From the NCBI RefSeq assembly GCF_964204645.1, contig NC_134032.1, positions 7,118,275 through 7,182,274 on the forward strand: a stretch of DNA of 64,000 nucleotides, given 5' to 3'. The position numbers were made by a program, and so were the translations under genes. The DNA comes from Tubulanus polymorphus (Eukaryota; Animalia; Nemertea). The notes below the pieces were generated by a model. The model saw only the letters and a list, made by a program, of their open reading frames with translations, searched no databases and was not told the DNA's origin. Of this stretch, positions 51,928 through 64,000 are shown one piece after another. Position 1 is the first letter of the stretch. Every line of letters starts with the position of its first letter.

Positions 51928-52880
51928 GAAGATGTGTCTAGGGTAGATACACGTATACAAGAGCCCCAAGGGGCACAATGGCCAGCCTGTCAGATTAGCT
52001 TTTTATAAATGATGTAATCTGTGGGTTATTATATTTATCAATATACACTCCCTGCTCAATGTCATTTACATAGTACAATCGTGTGTTAACACAGACAGCA
52101 GGAGCGAATGTAATATAGAAATACTAAGTTATTGTATTGTTCAACGCCCCTGGTGGCCATATACAAAAACCAATGAGCTTGAAACTCACCTCAATCATAG
52201 ACCATGTCATGAGCTACAACTTTCCAATTGATTGTGGTAGCAAAATATGCATAGGTACGAATGTAATATAGAAATACTAAGTTATTGTATTGTTCAACGC
52301 CCCCTGGTGGCCATAAACAAAAACCAATGAGCTTGAAACTCACCTCAATCATAGAACATGTCATGAGCTTCAATTTTCAATTAATTATGGTAGCAAAATA
52401 TGCTTAAGTATCAAAATGATGTGGCAAAACTTTTTTTCCACCTATGAATGAGTACTGATGACCCCAAGATGGCCGCCAATTGCGTCATAATTGACTGGTC
52501 AAAAATACCCTCTCGGATATAAAAGATCCTTTTCCAAAGAATACCCATTACAAATTGCAATGAAAAATGGCACACAATTAGAAAGCTACAGAATTCAGGC
52601 CAAAATTAACATTTTTGGGAACAAAAAAGGTCACAGTACGGCCATCTTGAGTCCGATCGACCCAATTTTTCTCATGCCGATGGGCCCTTGGGGGATACAA
52701 ATATATACGAATGATCAAGGTTATTGATAAAAGTGTCTTCAAAATTTCCCTCGAAAACTTCTAAAATGTGTAAAAAGTGCTGATTTTGGCGAACAACAAT
52801 GGCTGCCAGTCGGCCATCTTGAATCTGACAGGGCCAGTTTTTGGCCTGAAGATGTGTCTAGGGTAGATACACGTATAAAC

Positions 52881-55800
52881 CAAATATCAAGACATTACCT
52901 TGAAGCGTCTTCAAAACTTTGGAACTCTCATGAACTATCTAGATTGTTATCTCTCGACTCAATAGCTTCAAGACCCATCTCAAAACAACTTTGTTCCATG
53001 CAGCATACCATTAACTCTCGGAAAGCGAATTGGATTTAACATTTTTTTTGGCAGAATAAAATTTGATTGAATTTACAATTCGAGCACATGGCTAATTAGC
53101 ATATCAAGTTCATACACTCGATTTGGGAAAAGAAATTTTTTGCGAACCTTGCGCAATTGTCAAGGATGAATTTTCTGTAGAGCAAATAAAAATTCCTCCT
53201 AAACACCAAATCAACTAAAGATTTCATAGAAATCGATCTTGAAATACGATTTTAAATCTTAAAATAAAACCCGGAAGTAAAACAATAGACGATACCGCGG
53301 GTTCACGTGAACACCTGATTTCTGTAAACGAAATGTTGGTTGTGACAAAATTGTTCAGACGGTTTTAGGTGGTAATAAGTACGGAAACGTAACGACCATG
53401 GTCGACTTATTCAGACTTATTATATGAAATCAGGCCTATGTGATATCCAAATTTTGACTTTTATATTCTCCAGACCTCCCTGATATAGAAATAAAAAATT
53501 TTGGTGGTACGAATAGTGCAATCACAGCGCCGACGGCGACAGAGCCGTGTCAGAGATCGGCGGAGTGAAAATTGCGGAGGTGGACGAACACGAAGAAGTA
53601 GGCTATTGAGCTACTTGAATCGCGAAAACTCCTGGCGCGGCCCCGACGCTTTTCGTTGATTAAGTAGTACAAATATCAACCAATGGGTTTTCACAATCTA
53701 CCGCCGGTGTTTACCGGATTTCAATATCACTCCAAAATTCAAAGAAACCTCGAAATATCGAACCGCAACACTTTCGGTAGATATCCGCAGCTGCCCATCC
53801 GGGAAACTTATTTGTTGATAGCATCGATAAAATCCATCATCTTCTCCCGTCAAGGGATTCGAACCCACTAAGCTAAAGCCGTGCCAGAATCGGGTCGGGC
53901 CAATCACAGCGCTTGTAACAAACCACATTAGGCTTCTGTGGAATTTCCCAGTAAATGGGCCAATCAGCGAACACGTAGCGAACGCGGAAGTATTGTCGCG
54001 TGTTGATACATGACGTCATGCGCAAAAGCGCCAGTAATGAAATCACGATAATTCACGTGAACAGCTGCTGATATTTTTAGATAAACCAATCACAGGGAAG
54101 ACACAACTTCCTGATTGGCTGATAAAAATTGAAATTTTCCCGATTTTATTTTCGTGAAAAATGCAGAAAACATTTTTATGAAAGCCTATTTCAAGATTCT
54201 GCTCGCTACGATTCTGAGAATGGATTACGCTTGAATACGTGATTTGTTCGAATATGCCCTCACTTGGCAAGCAAAAGAGCCTTTTGTGTGGAAACCATGT
54301 CATTTAAATTCGCTCCATTTGTATAGTAATAGGCTCAGCCTACGGCTGGCCTAAAAACAAATATCAAGACATTACCTTGAAGCGTCTTCAAAACTTTGGA
54401 ACTCTCACGAACTATCTAGATGGTTATCTCTCGACCTCAATAGCTTCAAGACCCATCTCAAAACAACTTTGTTCCAAGCAGCATACCATTAACTCTCGGA
54501 AAGCGAATTGTATTTAACATTTTTTGGCAGAATAAAATTTGATTGAATTTGCAATTTGGGCACATGGCTAATTAGCATATCAAGGTCATACACCCGATTT
54601 GGTAAAACCTTTTTTTCGCGAACCTTGCGCAATTGTCAAGGATGAATTTTCTGTAGAGCAAATAAAAATTCCTCCAAAACACCAAATCAACACAAGATTT
54701 CATAGAAATCGATCTTGAAATACAATTTTAAATCTTAAAATAAAACCCGGAAGTAAAACAATAGACGATACCGCGGGTTCACGTGAACACCTGATTTCTG
54801 TAAACGAAATGTTGGTTGTGACAAAATTGTTCAGACGGTTTTAGGTGGTAATAAGTACGGAAACGTAACGACCATGGTCGACTTATTCAGACTTATTATA
54901 TGAAATCAGGCCTATGTGATATCCAAATTTTGACTTTTATATTCTCCAGACCTCCCTGATATAGAAATAAAAAATTTTGGTGGTACGAATAGTGCAATCA
55001 CAGCGCCGACGGCGACAGAGCCGTGTCAGAGATCGGCGGAGTGAAAATTGCGGAGGTGGACGAACACGAAGAAGTAGGCTATTGAGCTACTTGAATCGCG
55101 AAAACTCCTGGCGCGGCCCCGACGCTTTTCGTTGATTAAGTAGTACAAATATCAAGCAATGGGTTTTCACAATCTACCGCCGGTGTTTACCGGATTTCAA
55201 TATCACTCCAAAATTCAAAGAAACCTCGAAATATCGAACCGCAACACTTTCGGTAGATATCCGCAGCTGCCCATCCGGGAAACTTATTTGTTGATAGCAT
55301 CGATAAAATCCATCATCTTCTCCCGTCAAGGGATTCGAACCCACTAAGCTAAAGCCGTGCCAGAATCGGGTCGGGCCAATCACAGCGCTTGTAACAAACC
55401 ACATTAGGCTTCTGTGGAATTTCCCAGTAAATGGGCCAATCAGCGAACACGTAGCGAACGCGGAAGTATTGTCGCGTGTTGATACATGACGTCATGCGCA
55501 AAAGCGCCAGTAATGAAATCACGATAATTCACGTGAACAGCTGCTGATATTTTTAGATAAACCACTCACAGGGAAGACACAACTTCCTGATTGGCTGATA
55601 AAAATTGAAATTTTCCCGATTTTATTTTCGTGAAAAATGCAGAAAACCTTTTTATGAAAGCCTATTTCAAGATTCTGCTCGCTACGATTCTGAGAATGGA
55701 TTACGCTTAAATACGTGATTTGTTCGAATATGCCCTCACTTGGCAAGCAAAAGAGCCTTTTGTGTGGAAACCATGTCATTTAAATTCGCTCCATTTGTAT

Positions 55801-57299
55801 AGTAATAGGCTCAGCCTACGGCTGGCCTAAAAACAAATATCAAGACATTACCTTGAAGCGTCTTCAAAACTTTGGAACTCTCACGAACTATCTAGATGGT
55901 TATCTCTCGACCTCAATAGCTTCAAGACCCATCTCAAAACAACTTTGTTCCAAGCAGCATACCATTAACTCTCGGAAAGCGAATTGTATTTAACATTTTT
56001 TGGCAGAATAAAATTTGATTGAATTTGCAATTTGGGCACATGGCTAATTAGCATATCAAGGTCATACACCCGATTTGGTAAAACCTTTTTTTCGCGAACC
56101 TTGCGCAATTGTCAAGGATGAATTTTCTGTAGAGCAAATAAAAATTCCTCCAAAACACCAAATCAACTCAAGATTTCATAGAAATCGATCTTGAAATACA
56201 ATTTTAAATCTTAAAATAAAACCCGGAAGTAAAACAGTAGACGATACCGCGGATTCACGTGAACACCTGATTTCTGTAAACGAAATGTTGGTTGTGACAA
56301 AATTGTTCAGACGGTTTTAGGTGGAAATAAGTACGGAAACGTAACGACCATGGTCGACTTATTCGATGAAATCAGGCCTATGTGATATCCAAATTTTGAC
56401 TTTTTCATTCTCCAGACCTCCCTGATATAGAAATAAAAAATTTTGGTGGTACGAAAGTGCAATCACAGCGCCGACGGGGACAGAGCCGTGTCAGAGATCG
56501 GCGGAGTGAAAATTGAGGTGGACGAACACGAAGAAGTAGGCTATTGCGCTACTTGAATCACGAAAACTCCTGGCGCAGCCCCGACGCTTTTCGTTGATTA
56601 AGTAATACAAATATCATGCAATGGGTTTTCACAATCTACCGCTGGTATTTACCGGATTTCAATATCACTCCAAAATTCAAAGAAACCTCGAAATATCGAA
56701 CCGGAACACTTCCGGTAGATATTCGCGATTGCCCAACCGGGAAACTTATTTGTTTCAATAGATATTGATAGGATCCATCATCTTCACCCGTCAAGGGATT
56801 CGAACCCACTAAGCTAAAGCCGTGCCAGAATCGGGTCGGACCAATCACAGCGCTTGTAACAAACCACATTAGGCTTCTGTGGAATTTCCCAGTAAATGGC
56901 CAATCAGCGAACACGTAGCGAACGCGGAAGTATTGTCGCGTGTTGATACATGACGTCATGCGCAAAAGCGCCAGTAATGAAATCGCGATAATTCACGTGA
57001 ATAGCTGCTGATATTTTCAGATAAACCAAGCACAGGGAAGACACAACTTCCTGATTGGCTGATTAAAATTGAAATTTTCCCGATTTAACTTTCGTGAAAA
57101 ATGCAGAAAACATTTTTATGAGACCCTATTTCAAAATTCTGCTCGCTACGATTCCGAGAATGGATTACGCTTAAATACCTGATTTGTTCGAATATGCCCT
57201 CACTTGGCAAGCAAAAGAGCCTTTTGTGTGGAAACCATGTCATTTAAATTCGCTCCATTTGTATAGTAATAGGCTCAGCCTACGACTGGCCTAAAAAAA
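52881..57299 (+). repeat. Three tandem ~1476-bp units
   Basis: Unit starts CAAATATCAAGACATTACC at 52881, 54358 and 55834. The third unit is more diverged. Confidence 0.95.
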
Positions 57300-60111
57300 C
57301 GAAAAGATTCATCTCTATGAACATGTATGCCAATTCGATTTTTTTTGTCTTGGAAAAAAGTATTTAATATGCTCTAATATGGGATGCTTCAACGGTGGAA
57401 AGCGATAATTATAACAGCTGTGCCCTTCAGTTACACTTCTATGGTTCCTGTGACCTTGGAGTAATCAGACTGATGAAATCAGAGTGTACGTTCACACACG
57501 TGTTAGTGAATTGGCTACAGCTAGACCACTGGTCCCGTAATTTATTAATGACTGCAGTTAATCATTGTCACCCGCACCTATACTCTAAAGATCAAGTAGC
57601 TGTAATGAGTGATGGATTACAGAAATATTTATGATTCAGAAGTGTAAATTTGAAGGATTTTTAAATCTTATTACTTCAAGATTTATCTAATCAAAAGTAC
57701 GCTTAGTTAAAAAATGGTGCTGATGAATACGCAATAGGGGCGATATGCTAAATTCACGTCAGTGTGAACTCCTAGCTACACACTGATATTCATTTCATCT
57801 ACCCAAAGTTTTAGTTATCCCTGTAGTAATTATCTTATCAAAAGTACGCTTAGTTAGTTAAACTCAGATGAACCAGCCCCAGGTTTTATGTAATGAATTT
57901 GAAAATGCAGTGGAAAATAATTTACCGTGATGGCTTTCTGTATTTAATGTTCTAATATTCATACAGTGAGCTTACATGTATTTCTAGGAATTGAAAAGGA
58001 TTCGGCATCAAAATCCACAAGATGTAAATTGTAAAGGTAGATCATTTTACTTTATTGAAGGCCCAATAAGCTGTTAATCGATTTGGATCCTTCTTTTCGT
58101 CAAACATGCATGTATTACTGTGCTATATTCATTTCTGTAATCAAAATGTGTTGAGATCATCCTCTTTTGAGAAATAAAGCTTTAGAATTTATCTCTTCAA
58201 AATCTATAAACTCCCTGCATAACATAAAGGGGGAACTAGCTTAGTTCAAATTCAGATTCAGATTACACATAAACAAAATATAGGCTAATTCAAAGTACCA
58301 AATTTTGACAACTTAAATACCCGTAATTATCATCATTATTGTTACTGTTACTCATTTCAAGTGCTGAAGTCACTTTGAACGGTCTTGTTAAAGTGCCAGG
58401 ATCCACTGCAATTAAGTGATCACTTGACACATGGCCAGTGGGTAGAATATTATTGAGCAGCTCCCCGTGAAAATAGATGGGTCTTAAGAGTATTATGAGT
58501 TTTCTTATGTGTCAGGTTTAACCGTGTTTGGCCTACAGTACTGTTGCGATCGCCATCCATTCTCGCTGTAAATATTATATAATAGGCTAACAGTAGCTAG
58601 AGGGAAGGCCTATTACTATTATCATTATTATAAGTTCATAGATATATACTGCAGTATTTGACAGATAATATGACTATTATACTGCTCCTCAGCCCACGTT
58701 ACTAACACAAACAATAGACAGACGATCATCTTACAAACGGTGAAGATGATGGCATATCTATCTAAAAAAATTAGTTGTAACTCCACTTTACGTGTTCAAG
58801 CTCAAATTTACGTGAAATATAAATTTTTCGTGAAATATTAAACATACCCCAGTATAGCTCTTATTAGTAAATATGAAATGATCCTTTATAATTTACACAA
58901 TTTACCGAAAAACTATCGGGCTAACATTAAAATGCATATGGTTTCAAATTGATATTTTCCAGCGAAAACGACAGACATATCACTGATTTCCCCAAATTTT
59001 AGTGATGAACTGCCATTAGTTGACATTCCCATGCAGACGAAGCAAACGGTTGGTTTTATAATACAACCCTGCAAAATCCCAAGTTCTGTTATTTTGTGTT
59101 AAAGAATATTTTTGGACTACATTTTTCCATCACTAAATAGAATGATCCCACCATCATGCAGGGACTTCTTCATTTATGAAATTCACGCATCTTAATTGAA
59201 ATACTGAATAACATTAACTTTCTAGTTCTCGGAAACTATAAATAGCTGCAATACGCATGCGTTCGACATGCACATTTATAAATATGCTGCTACTGCACGC
59301 TGGGTTTTGAAGGGTTAATGGGAATTAGCTATGTATATATCATTACGATTTAGATTTATTGTATTCTCTTTTAGTTCGATGAAGGCAACGTTCTCCTTGT
59401 CGACTGGACAAGATATGGAATATATTTGGCAGCAGTTGATTCCGCAAAAAATCTGATTTCCTGCCAAAAGCATCTATGCAAAAGACCGTCGCATAACTTC
59501 AGTGACGCCCTAGAAACAAGGGTCCTCAACAAAGAGGACGTGCAAAGCATGAAGTCGGTCGACCTGAAGATGGTCATTTGCCGAATGCCAGGCGAGAGGA
59601 CGACGCAATAGTTGGTGTAGATTATATTTGGCTACACGCCATGGTTAAGAAATATTCCTCCAAACATGCTTAAAAATTATTTTTCTCACATGAGGCTATA
59701 AGTGTCGTATGTTTTGTGTAAACCAAAGCACACAGTTTTTACAGTCATTGATTTACAGAAACATCCGGTTAGAGACGCTGAAATAAATAGTTCTGGTGAC
59801 TTGGTGACTCATATCTGGTTGACCGGTGATAAAACACCCTTAGTGTAGCTCAATTGTATGTCATACCCTATATACCCAAATGGTTAAACCCTTAGTGTAC
59901 CTCTAGGTATGGCATGCTCTATAAAGTGACTGCCCAGTATCCACAATTTTCAATATTCGAGTTTAGTTTTGTTATAGTTCATTCATTTCAACAGAAAAGA
60001 TTTTCCGAGCATAATGATATCAATATAAATTTCTTGTGATTGTGGCTATAAATTCAGTGCAAGGGGAACCTAGAAGGACAAGTTAAAAATGAGATAATTC
60101 TTTCTTTTCAA

Positions 60112-60303
60112 ATGTGGGCTAGGGTATATTGGAAGGAAGGCGCTCGAGAGATCGAGGGCACTGTTCCCATGAAATGGGTTCAGAAAAATAAACTTAGATG
60201 GCCGCCTGGTATTGATGGCACCAGATACATGACAGATATGACAGACCCTACGCAAGCGTGGCGAACATTTCCGATCACGAAAAGCAAGATTACATCAGAT
60301 TAG
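60112..60303 (+). pseudogene. First exon/fragment of a probable transposon accessory gene
   Basis: MWARVYW...TVPMKWV...LRWPP pattern, with likely further exon fragments at ~60528-60640. Confidence 0.3.
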
Positions 60304-61356
60304 TTGCCATTGAAAATTTGCAATTGAAATAGCCATTAAGATGAAACCCAGTAGATACAGATTTAAAACTTTAAAAACCAAGATTTATTCTATCAAAAGT
60401 TGAAATGACACAATTCTCACTATAAATCTTCGTCTGATTGTGACACCTCACAATGATCTCTAGTGTGGTAAATCTACCACTGCTGCTGTTTTCATTTTAT
60501 GAAAATGTTATCCACTTGTTTTTATAGGTGATCGTAAAGTTTGTGAAGAGTTCGATGAAACAACTGAAAATGAATCAAGTTTCTTCAAAAGGAAGGGTTT
60601 TGAAGAGAAAACGATTTGTTGACCAGCTATTATCAGGTAAATGGAATTATTATCGCACTCAATTGGTAAACCAGCCTGTGAAATTTCAATATAGAATGTT
60701 TGATGTTGAGGTTGTCAAATACTGAATTGCAAAATCACTTGCAGAGAAATCAATAACTAGGAATGATACGTTAGGCGCTTTTTGTGATGATTATCTTTGT
60801 AGATGATGAATGCGATGGTAGTGACACTGAGGGCATTGGTAAGCGTATTATAATTTCAATTATTGAATGTATGGAATACACTTTAAGCCCACCTTGGCCG
60901 TAAGCCCCAGCCGGCTATCAGATTTTGAAGCAGCTGACAACCATCATAGTTTCATTTCTTATTCATAGAACAACTACGACCATTTACATACTCTGACAAG
61001 CGAGTATTATGTTAGTTCAGAATTTCACCAACATCATTATAGGAGCAGCAGTAGTCAAATTGCAGAGCTGTAGTCAATTTCTACAATTGCTAAACTTTAC
61101 TGATTAAACTTTACCTTACTAATTACTTTCCTTAGTGTAGACCCTCTTGGTTATAATTACATGGAAATTATTATGAATTTATCTCAAACCAGTATTGTTT
61201 TAATTAGTAAAAATGATAGGGATTAGGTCTGTAAGTTTGTGTAATTGTATCTTTTAGGAAAGGAGAAAGAGAAAGACACCGCATAGGATAAGTCGGGAAA
61301 CACATGTGGTGACTCTCCCCAACTTTGATAGAAGTCTTCCTCATTAAATTCTCCAG

Positions 61357-63900
61357 ATGCAGACAACCAGACGGTGGATCCGAATCCAAAATCGGATTGG
61401 TATCGGCCTCCAAAGAAAAGGCTCTACGCAAGAGTGGCTTCATCTTTCGAAGTTCCAAGGGAAGTTGAAGTTTCTCTACCTCCTTAAAAAAGAAGCTACG
61501 CTAGAGAAGCCACTGACAGGGAACTCGATACCACTAAAGGAAAGGTATTATGCGAGAAAATGTGACACCAGCGAGGAAAACGTCAACGAAACTGACGATG
61601 ACGTCGAAAGTGTAGTTTCTGGTGATGTTGGTGACGTTGGCAGTCACGAGAAAGTGGAGAGTGAAGGTGACACCAGCGAGGAAAATGTCAACGAAACTGA
61701 CCATGATGATGTCAAAAGTGTAATTTTTTGTGATGCTGGTGACATTGGCTATCATGACAAAGTGGATAGCGAAACTGATGTTGGCGACGTTGGCAGTCAA
61801 GAGAAATTCGAGAGTGGAGGTGATGCCAGCAAGGAGAACAGCAGCGAAACTGATGGTGATGACATCAGCAGTGATGTTGGTGACGTTGGCAGTTACGAGA
61901 AAGAGGAGAGTGGTGGTGATGCCAGAGACGATAGTGAGAGAGAATTAACGTCCACACTATCCAAAGAGGAGTGGATGTCAGTGAAGCCATTTTGGAACGG
62001 AAAAAATGTGTTGAGATGTCTGAGGATGAATTGTCATATCCTTTCCAGAAAAAGATAGGACCTCTATCTATTTGCAAGGGGTGCGTATTTGCATTCAAAT
62101 ACAACCGAGTAAAAGCCCCTGACTGTAAAAAGGGTACTGCCCCTTTCTTCAGAGGTGGTGCGAAATGTAGGAGAAAACCATGTGAAAGACATGTTACGTT
62201 TCTGATTCATGACACTCCACCGAAAAAAGTTGATGGGAAGATAATTGTGTCGATGGAAATAAAAGGTACAAAAAAATCATCCAACGGAATCAGCTAGAAA
62301 TCTTTTAAATGGCTCGGACAGGATCAATATGGTGAATTAAGTGAAAGCAGATGGGGTCATGAATACTTACTATGTATGACAATCTGGAAAAGCCATCTGT
62401 TCTCGAAGCAGGAAATCTGACTGCAGTTCCCACTCCTGACGTTATACGAAAAGCAGTGTTAGAAGCCCTGCAAAAAGAGGTGCGTCCAGGCACTCATTCT
62501 TTTGAAGGAAGCATACCGCAATGATGATGAGAATCCTACTGGTCGCTACCCAGGATATATCCAGTACGTGGCTGTTGAACCATTTACTATATTTCTGTTC
62601 AGGCAACCTCAACTGCACTTATTACATGGGCGACTGGACTTGTATCTTGACGCAACAGGTACACTTATCAAGTCTTTTCCAAAACAAACGAGACCATATC
62701 TGTATAGTATTGTGGTGAGGCCTGATACAGAACTTCCACCTATTTCAGTAGCAGACATGGTGACAACTGACCACACGCAACCATCTAAAATACACTTCCT
62801 GGAATTTTGAAACGAGCTGTTAACGATTCGTCAAAGAGGTTCCAGCCAAGGAAAGTGGAGGTAGATTGGGGCTGGCCACTCATTAACAGCAGTATGAACG
62901 CATTTAATAGTTAAAGGTTTTAACACTAATAGCATGTGATATAGTACATCAGAAAATCGTCGGTGAACGTTTAAATCAATTTACCGTTGTACATATTTGT
63001 GTAGCGCACATGACCAAAATTTTCAGCCAGTATGTTCGAAAAGTTGCCGGAAGTTGTTAGAATTCATTATTAAGTCATTCACAGTGCTGTCTAATAAAAC
63101 TTCATTGAGCGATGCAAATAAAAACCTTAACTTCGCTTATGATAGTGCTCCTTAGTTCAGAATATGACGATGACGTGCGAGGTGCTGAGAAATACATAGC
63201 TGACAGTTACTCTTCATATCCAGAAATGGAACATGTAAAACTGGAATTCGATGATATCAATCAAGCAGAAAGTACTGAAGATACACCCACGTACACGGAC
63301 GAAGATACCTTAACTATTGCTGGAGTTAAAGGAGTTGAGATAACTGAAGAAAAATGGTCCAGGTAGAAGAAACCCAAGAAGAACCTATATCAACCCGACA
63401 AGACTCCGAAAAAGATGAAAACCAAACGACCACAAAAAGCTACTGATGTGAGAAAAAAAGAATGAAAAAAAAATGAAGAGAGGAGTATGCCTGACGAAAA
63501 CGAAAAGTAACAAAGAGAAATCTAATAAGGCTACTTTCACGGACAAGGCAAGAACGCTAAAGATGAGAAAGAGCCTGCGCATCAGAAAGAAACAAACAAA
63601 TCTGACCCGAAGTACCGATATGGCCCCGTTGGGGTGGGGAATCAAGTTCGGGGCATTATCTCAGCAATACATGAACTGTGAGAAATTTCTTGGCAATAAT
63701 GCATGTTACATCATCCGAGAATCCAGGCCGGTAAGAAAGTGTCACTTTTAAACATGCAACCATGGAGACCTTGTCAACTGCTTTAAATATCATGGCTAAC
63801 AAGCACTTCTCTGATGCTAAAGTGCTCTTGATCAGCCTGGTTGAATCGGAAATGGTGCAGAAAGCAGATATCGATACGTTCGGAGATGAATACTCCATGT
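61357..63900 (+). pseudogene. Decayed Mutator-like (NOF-FB/Rehavkus-type) transposase region
   Basis: Fragmented ORFs with acidic repeats, a Cys/His segment (61971-62297) and GYIQYV...PF...LYLDATG...YLYSIV...SVADMVT (62502-62810). Many stops and frameshifts. Confidence 0.5.
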
Positions 63901-64000
63901 TTGTTAGAAAGTTACAGGAAATGTTTCGATACGCTCGATATGAGAATTGCTACAACAGACACTGGTCACATCAGCGAGTTATGAGGTGTATGGTTGGATT

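Larger units (their letters stand above)
50389..57299 (+). mobile_element. Helentron/HINE-like non-autonomous repeat array
   Basis: 5' AACAAGAGCCCCAAGGGGC hairpin with GGCCAGCC (copies at 50389 and ~51957). 3' ends CAGCCTACGGCTGGCCTAAAAA at ~54357, ~55833 and ~57299. No credible coding capacity. Confidence 0.55.

Noticed and set aside
53683-56965. Repeated 62-109-aa ORFs in the 1.48-kb units
   Set aside because: They recur only because the DNA is tandemly repeated, show no domains, and change frame in the third unit.
57300-60100. Possible host gene or regulatory region
   Set aside because: Only short ORFs without motifs and small imperfect inverted repeats; nothing I can support.

Overview
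This is eukaryotic, almost certainly animal (probably invertebrate) DNA, and nearly the whole window is transposable elements nested inside one another. From left to right: a PHD-finger ORF; an env-bearing, chromodomain-integrase Gypsy element whose env is split by a 6.58-kb almost fully palindromic AT-rich element (3048-9628, 6-bp TSD GACATC); an intron-containing P-superfamily transposase interrupted by a full-length BEL/Pao LTR element (17607-24420, TSD ATTAG); an IS3EU-like integrase remnant; and a PIF/Harbinger element (~29759-49862) with interleaved transposase and MADF/BESS genes. A 14.56-kb Polinton/Maverick-like virus (32982-47539, TSD AAACTG) sits inside the Harbinger. After it come a Helentron/HINE-like repeat with 1.48-kb tandem units and decayed transposase fragments. 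The most interesting system is Polinton-centred. (1) The Polinton pPolB carries the C-terminal half of a LAGLIDADG-type intein at polymerase motif C. (2) Nearly all Polinton genes start at a poxvirus-late-like TAAATG motif, and the element encodes a VLTF3-like factor and many small membrane proteins. (3) The giant palindrome has Polinton-like termini (34 of the first 46 nt identical, no gaps), the same TSD length and the same TAAATG starts, but no recognisable replication, integration or capsid genes. It looks like a satellite of the Polinton. All family assignments come from motif recognition by eye; no database search was run.
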